A stretch of DNA of 63,862 bases, filler included, from an uncultured bacterium (GTDB lineage: Bacteria > CAYJRR01): NCBI GenBank assembly GCA_964372275.1. It is 8 parts of 8 records of this genome, joined end to end, with 100 filler letters (N's around TTAATTAATTAA, not from the genome) between each part and the next. Parts side by side here need not be neighbours in the genome. Positions count along the whole stretch, not along the records: positions 17,406 to 25,906 come from CAYJRR010000164.1; positions 26,007 to 34,341 come from CAYJRR010000165.1; 6 more parts are not named here. One strand, given 5' to 3'. The notes under the pieces are model-generated. The model did not search any database, was not told the origin of the DNA, and saw nothing but the letters and a program-made list of their open reading frames with translations. The translations under genes were made by a program, and so were the position numbers. How positions within the stretch are numbered: the first letter of the stretch is position 1; every line of letters begins with the position of its first letter. This document shows positions 19,089-29,121 of this stretch, piece by piece.

Positions 19089-21898
19089 CCCCTGCCCGAG
19101 CGGCCGCCGTCTTCCGCCGCATCGCCCCGTGGACCGGGGCGCTCGCGGTCGTCGCTGCGTGCGAGACCGTGCGCGGACCGGTCGGCGAGCGCGCGCTCGA
19201 GCACCGGCTCCGCGCCGCGGTGGAGACGGCGACCGGTCTTTCGCTCGAGGTCGGTTCGATCGAGCTGGCACACGGTCCGTCGGTCACCGCGAAGCGGGTG
19301 GTGTTCCGGGAACGGGACGGAACGGCCGCCGCGTCGATCGACCGGGTCGTCGTCGCGCTCGATCCGGAGGCGCTGCTCCGCGGGCGGCTGCGCCTGCGCT
19401 CGGTCGTCGACGGGGCGCGCGGGGACGCGATCCGGCTCGCCGCACCGCTCCGGCACCGGTCCGCGCACGCCCCCCGGCGATCGCCCCCCGTCCCCGGTCC
19501 CCTGGAGATCGACCTCCGGATGCGCGGGGCCGACCTGCGCGCCGGCGCCGCGCCGCCGGTCGAAGGGGTCGACCTCGCCCTCACGCTGCGCCTTCGACCC
19601 GGGCATGCGTCGGTCACGACCGTCGCGCGCGGACGCGTCGACGACCCGGTCACGGTGATCGCCCGCGTCGAGCGGGAGGGCGACGGACGCTGGTCGATCG
19701 CCGGGCGCGTCGACCTCGCGCCCCGCGGCCGGATCGCCGTCGACGGCGTGTGGCCGCCGTCCCACGCCCGACCGCTCGTCGGCACCGCGCGCGGTCTCGC
19801 GTGGGCCTTGCCGCCGGGACGTGGGTCCGCCATCCCCGCCCCTTTGCGGCGAGGGCGCGCCGACGCCGACCTCCGCGTCGAGGATCGGTCGCGCGCGCGG
19901 CTGCGCGGCGTGCTGCGCTTCCCGAACCGCGTCCGGCTCGCCTTTGCCGGCGGTCGGCGAGGCGATCGGGTCTACGGGACGATCGACGCCTCGGGGGCGG
20001 CCGGAGCGATCGCCTCCGCCGCGGCCACGGCCGAGCTCTCGCCCGGCCGCCTGCGTCCGCGCACCGCCGTCGTCGTCGGCGATCTCGACCCGGGCCAGGC
20101 GGCCCGGGCGGGCCTGCTCTCGCCCTCCCTCGCGGCCCGGTTCCGGGGAGGCGAGCGGGTGTCGGCCGTCGTCCGCGCGGACGGCGATCGCGTGCTCGCG
20201 CGCGCGACGCTCGCCGGTGCGCGCCTGCCGCTGGTCGAAGCGCCGCCGCTGCGGCTGGAGATCGGCTCGGCGACGGCGGTCGTCTCTCTCCATGGGCGAG
20301 ACCTCCGCGGATCGATCCGGTCCGACGCGCGCCACACCCTCCTCGTCTCCGCTCGGGGGGCCGCGTGGCGCGCGAACGGGACGATCGTTCCCGCCCTCGC
20401 CCCCGCCCTCGAGGCGCTCGAGTCCGCCGCCGGCGTCGAGGTCGCGCCGGCGGCCTCCTTCGCGGTCGACGGCACCGCCCCGCGACCGTCGGCGTGGACC
20501 TTCGCCCACGGGGCTGGCGCGACGCTCGCCGCCTCGGCGCAGGTCGGTCCGTCGAACGTGACGTCCCGCGGACGCTGGCGGACCGCGCCGCTCTCGGCCG
20601 CGATCGCCGTCGACGGAGTCGATATCGCGGGGCTCGTCCCGGCGGCCGGAGACCTGCGGGAGATCCACGGCACGCTCGACGCGCGCGGGTTGGTGGAGGG
20701 CTCGATCGACGAGCCCGTCCCGTCGATCCGCGTCACGCTCCGTGACGGGGGGGTCGTGAGCCGGGCCGTCGGCCGGATCGACGGCCTCCACGTGGAAGGC
20801 TCGGTCGGTCGGGCGGCGGTTCGCGTCACCCGGGTTCGGGCGCGCGGCGGCCGCGGCGACCTGTTCCTGACGGGCGATGCCCGCGCGACGGGGGACGGGT
20901 GGAGCCTCCTCGGCCGGCTTCGCGCACGGCGATTCGCGTTGGCGGGCGAGCGGTTCTCCGGCGAGATCGACGCCGCGGCCTCGTTCCGCGGGCGGATGCG
21001 GGGACGCCGGGTCGAGGCCACGTTCGACCTGGAGGAGGGACGCCTTCGACTGCCGTCGCGGCGACGCAAGGCGGTGCAGCCGCTGGCGCCCCATCCGGAG
21101 ATCGTGGTCCTCGTGGCGGACGAGGAACGGGCAAAGGTGCGGGGGGCCGATGCGCCATCGCGGCCGGTCGACGTCCATCTCCGCGTCCGCGCCCCCGGGA
21201 ACGTGCGCCTCGAGGCCCGCGACCTCGATCTCGAGGCGAAAGGCAGCCTCGCCATCGACGTCGGCCCCGGTCCGGTGCGGCTGACCGGGACCGTCGAATC
21301 GATCGCCGGAACCGCCACGCCGATGGGCCGACGGTTCCGGCTCGAGGAGGCGACGCTCACCTTCGCCGACGACCGTCCCCGCGAAGGGGAGATCTTCGCG
21401 CGCGCGGTGCACGAGATCGAAGGAACGCCGCGGACGACGATCGAAGCCCGCGTGCGCGGACCGATTCGCCAGCCCGAGCTCGACCTCCGCTCCGATCCTC
21501 CCCTGCCCGAGACCGCCATCGCCTCGCTGCTGCTCCTCGGGGAGACGGGGACCGAGCCCGGATTCGAAGCCGACGGGCCGACCGGTGCCGGCCGGGCGGC
21601 GACGGTGCTCGGAAGCGCCCTCACCGGCGAGTTGCGCCGCCGGCTGCAGAGGACGATCCCCGTCGACGTGCTGGCGCTGGAGCCCGGCGACGCCACGGCC
21701 GAGGGCCGCTTGCGGGTCGGAAAGAGGCTTTGGAACGGTCTGGTCCTGACGTACGCGCACGCCTTCGGCGCGGTGGAGGAGGACGGCGTGAACGTCTTGC
21801 GCCTCGAATACCGGTTTCACCGCGTCTGGCAGCTCGTGACCGAGCTGACCGACGGAAACCGGGGGACGGTCGACGTGGTCTGGACACGAGAACATTGA
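19085..21898 (+). CDS. tamB: Translocation/assembly module TamB-like protein
   Basis: TTGA-coupled to tamA; C-terminal DUF490 motifs LRSDPPLPETAIASLLLLG, LRVGKRL, LEYRF. Confidence 0.8.
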   Translation: MTPARAAAVFRRIAPWTGALAVVAACETVRGPVGERALEHRLRAAVETATGLSLEVGSIELAHGPSVTAKRVVFRERDGTAAASIDRVVVALDPEALLRGRLRLRSVVDGARGDAIRLAAPLRHRSAHAPRRSPPVPGPLEIDLRMRGADLRAGAAPPVEGVDLALTLRLRPGHASVTTVARGRVDDPVTVIARVEREGDGRWSIAGRVDLAPRGRIAVDGVWPPSHARPLVGTARGLAWALPPGRGSAIPAPLRRGRADADLRVEDRSRARLRGVLRFPNRVRLAFAGGRRGDRVYGTIDASGAAGAIASAAATAELSPGRLRPRTAVVVGDLDPGQAARAGLLSPSLAARFRGGERVSAVVRADGDRVLARATLAGARLPLVEAPPLRLEIGSATAVVSLHGRDLRGSIRSDARHTLLVSARGAAWRANGTIVPALAPALEALESAAGVEVAPAASFAVDGTAPRPSAWTFAHGAGATLAASAQVGPSNVTSRGRWRTAPLSAAIAVDGVDIAGLVPAAGDLREIHGTLDARGLVEGSIDEPVPSIRVTLRDGGVVSRAVGRIDGLHVEGSVGRAAVRVTRVRARGGRGDLFLTGDARATGDGWSLLGRLRARRFALAGERFSGEIDAAASFRGRMRGRRVEATFDLEEGRLRLPSRRRKAVQPLAPHPEIVVLVADEERAKVRGADAPSRPVDVHLRVRAPGNVRLEARDLDLEAKGSLAIDVGPGPVRLTGTVESIAGTATPMGRRFRLEEATLTFADDRPREGEIFARAVHEIEGTPRTTIEARVRGPIRQPELDLRSDPPLPETAIASLLLLGETGTEPGFEADGPTGAGRAATVLGSALTGELRRRLQRTIPVDVLALEPGDATAEGRLRVGKRLWNGLVLTYAHAFGAVEEDGVNVLRLEYRFHRVWQLVTELTDGNRGTVDVVWTREH

Positions 21899-21914
21899 TG
21901 ACCTTGGTTCTGGC

Positions 21915-22127
21915 ATGGCCGACCCCACCCGCGATCCCCTCACCGGAAACGGATCGGCGGGCTCGTCCCCCGCGGAGGAGCCGCACGCCGAAGAGCCGCT
22001 CGAAGCGGCCGGCGATCTCCTCCGCCGGGCGCGCGAATGGATCGTCGAACACCCCGGCTGGTCGGTGATCGGGGCGGTCGCCGCGGGGTACCTCTTCTCC
22101 AAGCTCGTCGCCCGGCGAGGCCGCTGA
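21915..22127 (+). CDS. Small membrane-anchored protein (ElaB/DUF883-like)
   Basis: WIVEHPGWSVIGAVAAGYLFSKL C-terminal anchor. Confidence 0.65.
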   Translation: MADPTRDPLTGNGSAGSSPAEEPHAEEPLEAAGDLLRRAREWIVEHPGWSVIGAVAAGYLFSKLVARRGR

Positions 22128-22432
22128 TGGAGCGACCGGACGGCGCGGCCGAAGAGCTTCTGCGGCGCGCCCGCACGATTCGGGCCGAGATCGCCGGGAT
22201 CGGCTCGGTCCTCGGCGCGATCGCCCGCTCGACGCGGGAGCGCGTCGACGTGTCGAGGCGGGTGCGCGAGCGTCCGGCACGGACGCTCCTCACCGCCGCG
22301 GCCGCCGGATACGTCGCCGGCGGCGGGTTCTTCACCCCCACCACCGGAACGCTCGTGCGCGTGGGCTTCCGCCTCTGGTTGATCCCCCTTCTCCGACGCC
22401 AACTGTTGCACTCACGGGAGTACGAAGAATGA
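22127..22432 (+). CDS. Small hypothetical membrane protein
   Basis: TGATG-coupled; VRERPARTLLTAAAAGYVAGGG. Confidence 0.65.
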   Translation: MERPDGAAEELLRRARTIRAEIAGIGSVLGAIARSTRERVDVSRRVRERPARTLLTAAAAGYVAGGGFFTPTTGTLVRVGFRLWLIPLLRRQLLHSREYEE

Positions 22433-22752
22433 CTTTTGCCGACATCATCGAGGGACTCACCGACCTGACCCAGTCGACCGGAGCCGCCGTCCGCCGCGGC
22501 GCGCGCAAGGTTTCGCGGCTCGACCGCGAGGACCTGCTCGCCGCGCTCGGGTTGGAGCCGAAGCGCACCGTCGCGGAGAAGGCGATCCCGGCCGCCGGCT
22601 ACGTCGCGCTCGGGCTGCTCGCCGGCATCGGACTCGGTCTGCTGTTCGCCCCGAGACCGGGTTACGAGCTGCGCGAGACGCTCAACGAACAGCTCAAGAC
22701 GGCGATGAAGAAGGGCGAAGGCGTCGTCGAAGAGGCGGTCGGCCGGTCGTAG
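22429..22752 (+). CDS. YtxH-domain protein
   Basis: GLLAGIGLGLLFAPRPGYELR. Confidence 0.85.
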   Translation: MTFADIIEGLTDLTQSTGAAVRRGARKVSRLDREDLLAALGLEPKRTVAEKAIPAAGYVALGLLAGIGLGLLFAPRPGYELRETLNEQLKTAMKKGEGVVEEAVGRS

Positions 22753-22813
22753 GCCCTCCGCGCCCGCGGGACGCGCGGCGGTTCGCCGCAGTTCGGGTAG
22801 CATCCGGGCGGCG

Positions 22814-23644
22814 ATGCCGCTCTCCCGAAAGAACCCACGCGTCCAGGCCGCCCGCCGGCTGGCGCGAAGCGCCTCGGCGCGCGCCGAGGCGGGCGCCTTC
22901 CTGCTCGAAGGTCCGAAGCCGATCTCGGAGGCGGTCGCGCACGGAGCGCGGCTCCGTGAAGCGTTCGTCTCGCCGGCCCTCGACACCCGCCCGACCGGCC
23001 GGTCGGTCCGGGCCCAGCTCGCGCGCGCCGGCGTCCCGCTCTTCGAGGTCGACGACCGCACGCTGGCCGATCTGGCGGAGGTCGAGTCGGCCAACGGGAT
23101 CGTCGCCGTGGCCGAGATCCCGCCGGGGGCGGCCGAGAGCCTCCTCGACGCGGACGGAGACCTGCTCCTCGCCTCCGGTGTGCAGGATCCGGGGAACGCC
23201 GGTGCGCTGGCGCGCATCGCGGCGGCGGCCGGCTTCTCGGGGCTGGTCGCCGACCGCGCGACCGCCGACCTCTTCTCGCCGAAGGCGGTGCGTGGCAGCG
23301 CCGGCTGCGTGCTTCGGCTCCCGGTCGACCGCGTCGCCGACCTTCCCGCCTACGCGCGCCGGCTGGCGTCGGGGGGCGTGCCGGTGCTCGCGGCGACGCC
23401 GCGCGGCGGCGGCGATCCGTTCGCCCCGCGCGACCGCGCGCGCGTGGCGATCGTGGTGGGCGCCGAGGGGAGGGGCCTTCCGCCGGAGGTCGAAGCGGCG
23501 TGCACCGGCCGGCTCACGATCCCGATGGCGCCGGGCGTCGAATCGCTCAACGTCTCCGCCGCCGCCGCCGTCCTCGCCTTCGCCCTCCGCGCCGGGCGGT
23601 CCGCCCTCCGGGCTTCCTCGGGGACTCCCCGCACCCCTCGTTAG
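22814..23644 (+). CDS. SpoU/TrmH-family RNA methyltransferase
   Basis: LLEG, VQDPGNAG, GAEGRGL, IPM...ESLNVS. Confidence 0.92.
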   Translation: MPLSRKNPRVQAARRLARSASARAEAGAFLLEGPKPISEAVAHGARLREAFVSPALDTRPTGRSVRAQLARAGVPLFEVDDRTLADLAEVESANGIVAVAEIPPGAAESLLDADGDLLLASGVQDPGNAGALARIAAAAGFSGLVADRATADLFSPKAVRGSAGCVLRLPVDRVADLPAYARRLASGGVPVLAATPRGGGDPFAPRDRARVAIVVGAEGRGLPPEVEAACTGRLTIPMAPGVESLNVSAAAAVLAFALRAGRSALRASSGTPRTPR

Positions 23645-23826
23645 CGGGGCTTCTTCCGGGGCTTGCGCGGCGAACGCTCGATCCTGTCGATCCGGCGCGA
23701 CAGCTCGGACACCCGGTCGGCCATCGACTGGAACTCCTTCCGACTCGGAAGCTGGATGGCGCGCTCCAACTTCTCCAGCGCGTCCTTCATGCTCTGAAGC
23801 AAGGCGTCGAGGGGGGCGTTGGTCAT
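23641..23826 (-). CDS. Small coiled-coil protein (phasin-like)
   Basis: LPSRKEFQSMADRVSELSRRID; coupled to neighbouring genes. Confidence 0.55.
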   Translation of the reverse strand: MTNAPLDALLQSMKDALEKLERAIQLPSRKEFQSMADRVSELSRRIDRIERSPRKPRKKPR

Positions 23827-23839
23827 GGCGTTCCCGCGG

Positions 23840-24553
23840 TCAGTAGACGAAGAGGTGGCTGTTCTTGGACATGTACCAGGCGGCGGCCGCCTCGGCGAGG
23901 AGGGCCACGCCGCAGATCCCTTTGGCGAGGAGGTCCCCCGCCTCCCACGCCTCCGCCAGTCCGATGAAGGTGACGATCAGCAGGATCGGCGAGAGGACCA
24001 GGAAGAGGTTCACCGCCTCCCACTTCATCTTGAGCAGACCGAACGCCGTCCCCAGCGAATAGACGCCGACCGCGGCGCCGACGATCCGGAACAGGACCGG
24101 GACCTCCACCCGGCCGAGGAAGGCGGTGCGCGGCGCGACCGCGACCAGGAGCGCCCACGCGCCCACCGCCACCAGGAGTCCGATCACCGCCATCGCCTCT
24201 CTCGGCGGCCGCCTCCCTTCGCGGCGCTTCGCGGCGCGCTCCTTAAGCGCGCCCCACGCGGCGGCGTCGAGCCCCGCCTTCTCCGCCTCCGCCGGCCACA
24301 GACGCTTCACCCGCGCCAGCTGCCGCTCGACGAAGTAGGCCTCTTCCGACTCCAGGTTCTCGCGGTGGATCTCGAGCATCCGCCGCACCGCACCGCTCAA
24401 GTCCCCCGCGCTCAAGGCGGTCATCGCCTCCTGGAACTCCGTCGGCGCGGGGGCCGGCTGCGGTCGCGTCTTGTCCGTGGCCACGAGCGCGGAGTGTCGA
24501 ACACCGCGCCGCGCCGTGTCAAAGGTCGACTCGGCGTTCGACACTCTCGTCAA
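23840..24553 (-). CDS. Hypothetical membrane protein (start uncertain)
   Basis: Four hydrophobic segments in the C-terminal half; downstream of moeA. Confidence 0.65.
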   Translation of the reverse strand: MTRVSNAESTFDTARRGVRHSALVATDKTRPQPAPAPTEFQEAMTALSAGDLSGAVRRMLEIHRENLESEEAYFVERQLARVKRLWPAEAEKAGLDAAAWGALKERAAKRREGRRPPREAMAVIGLLVAVGAWALLVAVAPRTAFLGRVEVPVLFRIVGAAVGVYSLGTAFGLLKMKWEAVNLFLVLSPILLIVTFIGLAEAWEAGDLLAKGICGVALLAEAAAAWYMSKNSHLFVY

Positions 24554-25791
24554 TACCCCGGGCTGTCGCGGAGCCAGAAATCCGGGTCGATCACCTGCAC
24601 CGAGACGACCTCCCCCGGTTTGGCGCCGTTCCGGTCGGGCGGCACCAGGATCAACGAATTCCCTCGGAGCATCGAGGTGAGGATCCCCGATCCCTGGGCG
24701 CCGGTGGTGCGGACCCGGAACGACGCCCCTTCGCGCGCCAGCACGCCGCGGAGGAAGTACTGCTTGCCGGGTTTGACCTTGATCTCGTCCTCGAGGCGGG
24801 CCTCGACCACGGGCGGGTAGAGGCGGGTCCGCCCCATCATCTTGCGCAGCGCGGGGGCCGCGTACTGTTCGAAGGAGATCATCGTCGACACCGGGTTTCC
24901 CGGCAGGCCGAACGCCGGCTTCCCGGCGATCAGCCCGAAGGCGAGCGGATACCCCGGCCGCTGCGCCACCCGCCAGAACTTCATCTCGCTCCCCAGCTCC
25001 CGGAGGACCTCCTTCACGAAGTCGTGCTCGCCGACCGAGACCCCGCCGGTGGTGAGAAGCGCATCGCAGTCGCGCGCCGCCTCGAGCTTCTCCCGGAGGT
25101 CCTCACGGGTGTCCTGGGCGATCCCGAGATAGACCGGGACCGCCCCCAGCCGGACGACCGCCGCGGCCAGGGAGTAGGAGTTCGACGTGTAGATCTGCCC
25201 GGCGGCGGCAGCGGTGCCGACCTCCGCGATCTCGTCGCCGGTGGAGAGGATCGCCACCCGCGCCCGCTGCACGACGCGGACGGTCGCCACCCCAAGCGAT
25301 GCGGCGACGCCGATCGCCGCCGGCGTCATCACGCCGCCCGGCTCCAGCACCGCGTCCCCGGCACGCACGTCCTCCCCCGCGCGCCGGACGTGCTCTCCCT
25401 TGGCCGGGAGACGGGCGTCGGCCACGCGGATCGCCTCGCGGCCCTCGGGGGTGGTGAGCTCCACCGGCAGCACCGTGTCGGCCCCCGCCGGGAGCGGCGC
25501 CCCGGTCATGATCCGGATCGCCGTCCCCGGCTCCACCCGCCCCGCCGCGATCCGGCCCGCCGGAACGTCCTCCGTCACGCGCAGCCGTCGCCCCGCGACC
25601 AGGTCCGAGCAAAGCACCGCGAAACCGTCCATCGCCGAGTTGTCCCACGGCGGAATCGGCCGCGCCGCGACCAGCCGCTCGGCGAGCACCCGATCGCGCG
25701 CGTCGAGCAGGAAGACCGTCTCCACCCCCAGCGGGCGGACGTGGGAGAGGACGAAGTCGCGGGCCTCGGCGACGGAGATCTCGGTGTTCAT
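24550..25791 (-). CDS. moeA: Molybdopterin molybdenumtransferase
   Basis: SAMDGFA, IMTGAPLPAGAD, STGDE, TGGVSVG, GLPGNPVS. Confidence 0.96.
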   Translation of the reverse strand: MNTEISVAEARDFVLSHVRPLGVETVFLLDARDRVLAERLVAARPIPPWDNSAMDGFAVLCSDLVAGRRLRVTEDVPAGRIAAGRVEPGTAIRIMTGAPLPAGADTVLPVELTTPEGREAIRVADARLPAKGEHVRRAGEDVRAGDAVLEPGGVMTPAAIGVAASLGVATVRVVQRARVAILSTGDEIAEVGTAAAAGQIYTSNSYSLAAAVVRLGAVPVYLGIAQDTREDLREKLEAARDCDALLTTGGVSVGEHDFVKEVLRELGSEMKFWRVAQRPGYPLAFGLIAGKPAFGLPGNPVSTMISFEQYAAPALRKMMGRTRLYPPVVEARLEDEIKVKPGKQYFLRGVLAREGASFRVRTTGAQGSGILTSMLRGNSLILVPPDRNGAKPGEVVSVQVIDPDFWLRDSPGY

Positions 25792-25851
25792 CGGCGGGAA
25801 GATACGCGATTGCGCGCGTTCCCGCCGCAGGGCGAACGCGAAACGGAAACC

Positions 25852-25906
25852 CAGCCGCGACCGCGGTCGGTGTCGCGGCCGAGGCCGAATCCGAGGGATG
25901 ACCCCA
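25852..25906. repeat. Interspersed repeat, copy 2 (runs into contig end)
   Basis: 55/55 identical to 17058-17112. Confidence 0.92.
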
Positions 25907-26008
25907 NNNNNNNNNNNNNNNNNNNNNNNNNNNNNNNNNNNNNNNNNNNNTTAATTAATTAANNNNNNNNNNNNNNNNNNNNNNNNNNNNNNNNNNNNNN
26001 NNNNNNCG

Positions 26009-26743
26009 CTCGTTGCCGCGGGGTGCATGGGGGAGGCCCCCACCCTGGCCGGGGATCGCGCTCTGCGTGGTGGACGGTACGCCGAAGCGGCGTCGCTCTA
26101 TCGCAAGGCCGCGGAATCGGCGCGGTCGGCGGCGGAGTCGCAGGTGCTGCACACCAAGGCCGGCGACCTCTACCACCTCTATCTCGAGAGCCCGAACGAC
26201 GCGCTGCAGGAGTATCGGGCGGCGATCAACGCCGACCCGCGCGGCGACGCGGCGTTCGAATCGCGCATCAAGCTGGCGCAGCTGTTCGAGACCGAGTTCG
26301 ACGACCGCCGCCGCGCGATCGAGGAGTACCACCTGGCGCTGGCCAACCATCCCTACGCGCCGCAGGCCGACGACGTCCGCTTCCGTGTGGCGGAGGCCTA
26401 CTTCGAGATGAAGGACCGCAACCAGGCGCGCGTCGAGTTCCAGAAGCTTCTGGAGGCGAGCCCGGACGGTCCGCGCGCCGCCGAGGCCGCGTTCGCCATC
26501 GCCGACTCGTGGCTGGTCGACGAGCGCTACGTCGAAGCGGAGAAGGCGTTCCGGGTGCTGCTCGTCGGCTATCCCGAGAGCGAGCTCACCGGACCGGCGT
26601 GGCTCGGGCTCGGCCGCTGCCAGGAGTCGACGGGCCGGATCCGCGATGCCATGGACAGCTATCGCAAGGCCCTCGAGACCTATCCCAACCCGGAGGTGGT
26701 CAAGCTCCGCATGGAGCGCCTCCGGGCCAAACACACCCCCTAG
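26009..26743 (+). CDS. TPR lipoprotein (BamD/CpoB-like repeats; 5' truncated)
   Basis: Frame opens LVAAGC (lipobox); YPESEL..PAWLGLG-type TPRs. Confidence 0.75.
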   Translation, partial: LVAAGCMGEAPTLAGDRALRGGRYAEAASLYRKAAESARSAAESQVLHTKAGDLYHLYLESPNDALQEYRAAINADPRGDAAFESRIKLAQLFETEFDDRRRAIEEYHLALANHPYAPQADDVRFRVAEAYFEMKDRNQARVEFQKLLEASPDGPRAAEAAFAIADSWLVDERYVEAEKAFRVLLVGYPESELTGPAWLGLGRCQESTGRIRDAMDSYRKALETYPNPEVVKLRMERLRAKHTP

Positions 26744-27825
26744 TGCCGGGTCGTGGGGACTGCGCCGGGGACGGTGAACCAGAAGTGGCAGCCTCCCTCC
26801 GCCGCCGGAGATTCGGCATGAACCTCGCCGCCGAGCGCTTCGACCGCCCGGCGCACGATCGCCAGGCCGAGCCCGGTCCCCGTCTGGTCGGTCCGTCCGC
26901 GCCGGAACGGCTCGAAGATGATCTGCAGCTCCTCCTCGGAGAGTCCCTCGCAGCTGTCCCGGACGTGAAGGTGCAGTGTTCCCTCGCGGAACTCGGCCGA
27001 CAGCGCGACCTGCCCCCGATCGGTGTACTTCACGCTGTTCTCGAGGAGATGTTCGAGCGCCGTGCACAGCAGCCCGGGATCGACCCTCACGCGTTCGGCA
27101 GGATCGTAGTCCGCGCGAAACGCCAATCCCTTCGCCGCGGCGGCGGATCGGTTCGCGGCGACGACGTCGTCGATGGCATCGCCCAGCGTCGTCTCGACCG
27201 GGCGAGCCTCCACCTGCCCACTCTGCATGCGCTGGACGACGAGCGTCTTCTCGAGCAGCTCGTTGATCCGCGACACGCTCCGCGCGGCGCGGTCGAGCGA
27301 CAGCGCGACGGCCGACAGGGGCGAGCGCATCTGGTGGGCGAGGAACCCCACGTGCTCCGCTTCCCTCCGGCGATCCTCGTAGTTTCGGGCCCGCACGTAG
27401 TGGTCGACCGACGCGGCGATGGCGGCGTCGAACAGCTCGCTCAAGTCCTCCGTCGCGGAGTTCGTCGCCGGAAGGAAGCCCTCCTCGCGCAGGGTGTGGA
27501 CGACCGTCCGCCGGAGCAGCGCCAGCTCGTGCGTCAGCTGCGCCACGTCGAATCCGAGGCGCACCCGGGTGAGCGCGTGCTCCTGCGCCACGTCCGTCCA
27601 GGCCTCCCGGCCGGCCGTTTCGAGCGTCGACGCTCCGCGCAGCCCCTGCACGATGCGACCGAGGTAGAGGCCGATCCCGTCCTTGAGGTCGGTCGGCTCG
27701 ATCCTCGTGGTGGCGACCTCGGCGCGCATCCGCTCCAGCCACCGGCGCTCGATCTCGGATTGGAAGCGCTCGATCGCATCGCCGAGCGCGGCGCGCTCTC
27801 CGGCTTGGGCCGTCGTCGGTTCCAC
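26740..27825 (-). CDS. Cytoplasmic sensor histidine kinase with an RsbRD_N-like input domain
   Basis: EHALTRVRLGFD input motif; H-box AHQMRSPL; N-box ENSVKYT; FEPF; GTGLGLAIV. Confidence 0.85.
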   Translation of the reverse strand: MEPTTAQAGERAALGDAIERFQSEIERRWLERMRAEVATTRIEPTDLKDGIGLYLGRIVQGLRGASTLETAGREAWTDVAQEHALTRVRLGFDVAQLTHELALLRRTVVHTLREEGFLPATNSATEDLSELFDAAIAASVDHYVRARNYEDRRREAEHVGFLAHQMRSPLSAVALSLDRAARSVSRINELLEKTLVVQRMQSGQVEARPVETTLGDAIDDVVAANRSAAAAKGLAFRADYDPAERVRVDPGLLCTALEHLLENSVKYTDRGQVALSAEFREGTLHLHVRDSCEGLSEEELQIIFEPFRRGRTDQTGTGLGLAIVRRAVEALGGEVHAESPAAEGGCHFWFTVPGAVPTTRH

Positions 27826-27944
27826 GCACCTACTGATTCGGTCGCGCCTCCGGGAACGCAATCCGGCGCGCCTTGCGCGGACCCTACCGCACGTGAGCGA
27901 GATTTCGTCCCCGTGGCGAAGGAGGAAACGCGCCGCTTGTCGGG

Positions 27945-29084
27945 TCAGACTCCGCCGTAGATCGTCCGAAGGGACTCCACGGGCACGATCTCGACGTCGA
28001 AACCGTCGAGCCGTCGGCGGGACGGGGTCGACGCCTTGGGCGTGACGAGAAGATTTCGACCACGTGGGTAGCTGGACCGGAAGGCCGACAGACCCCGCGT
28101 TTCGAACGCGTCCGGGCTCCACTTGCACTCGATCGCGTCGGCGGCATCCCGCCCGCGCGGAACGACGAAGTCGATCTCCCGCTGCTGCTTGTCGCGCCAG
28201 TAGAAGACGTCGGGGACCGGAACCGAGAGCAGCGTGTCGAGAACCAGGTGTTCCCAAAGGGGACCGTAATCGTCGCGCCGAAGGGAGTCCCATCCTCGCG
28301 CGTGGCAGACGAAACCGGTGTCGAAGCCGTAGACCTTCGGCTGGGCGACGATCTCGCGCCTTCCTCCGCGCGCGTAGGGACGGAGCACGTGGATGGCGTG
28401 CGTGATCTGGAAGACGTCGATCCAGCTCGCCGTCGTGGGGCGGCTCACGCCGGCGTGTTTCGCGAGGGACGAGAGGTCCAACATTCCGCCGCTTTGGCGC
28501 AGCAACAGCTCGAACATGCGAAGGAACGCCGCTCTCTTCTCGAGACGGAACAACTCCTGTACATCGCGCGCGTAGTAGGAATCGATCCACTCGCCGTAGA
28601 ACTCGGCGTCTCGTTCCGGCGCAAGGAGTGCGGGCGGGAGACCTCCCCGCAGCATCCGGAGCGGAAGCTCGCGCACGCCGAAGGCCTTCAGCTCCTCCAC
28701 CAGCACCGGTACCAGGAGCACCGTGCGCTTCCGACCCGCGAGACTGTCCCGGAACTTCCGCGTCGCCGCCAACGTCGACGAGCCGGTCGCCAGCAGCTTC
28801 AGGGACGGAAACGCGTCGGCCGCGATCTTCAGAAGCCGGCTCGGATCGGTGAGTTGGTGGACCTCGTCGAGCACGAGCGTTCGTCGCCCGACCGCACGCA
28901 AGAACTCCTCCGGATCGTGCAGGCGCTCGACGCTGCTCGGCAGGTCACAATTGACGTACTCGGCGTCGGCGAGACTTCGCGCCAGGACCGTCTTGCCGGC
29001 GCGGCGAACGCCCGTCAGCCAGACGACCGGCGCCCGCTTCCAGGCGCGCTCGAGCCGACGCGTCCAGACCGGCCGACCGATCAT
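27945..29084 (-). CDS. AAA_14 ATPase with C-terminal DUF4143 (PD-(D/E)XK-like) domain
   Basis: Walker A GVRRAGKT, LDEVH, ATGSS, PKVYGFDTG, YWRDKQQREIDFV, IECKW. Confidence 0.9.
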   Translation of the reverse strand: MIGRPVWTRRLERAWKRAPVVWLTGVRRAGKTVLARSLADAEYVNCDLPSSVERLHDPEEFLRAVGRRTLVLDEVHQLTDPSRLLKIAADAFPSLKLLATGSSTLAATRKFRDSLAGRKRTVLLVPVLVEELKAFGVRELPLRMLRGGLPPALLAPERDAEFYGEWIDSYYARDVQELFRLEKRAAFLRMFELLLRQSGGMLDLSSLAKHAGVSRPTTASWIDVFQITHAIHVLRPYARGGRREIVAQPKVYGFDTGFVCHARGWDSLRRDDYGPLWEHLVLDTLLSVPVPDVFYWRDKQQREIDFVVPRGRDAADAIECKWSPDAFETRGLSAFRSSYPRGRNLLVTPKASTPSRRRLDGFDVEIVPVESLRTIYGGV

Positions 29085-29121
29085 GAACCGGAATTATCAC
29101 ATGGACGTCTATTTGTAAAGT

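Noticed and set aside
18731..22411. Long antisense ORFs here and throughout (e.g. 41033-42769, 48713-50005, 59502-61409)
   Set aside because: Expected stop-poor antisense frames of high-GC genes, with no recognisable domains
14190..26041. Shared 15-mer ATGGGGGAGGCCCCC at 14190 and 26027
   Set aside because: The second copy is in-frame coding sequence after a lipobox; low complexity and likely coincidental
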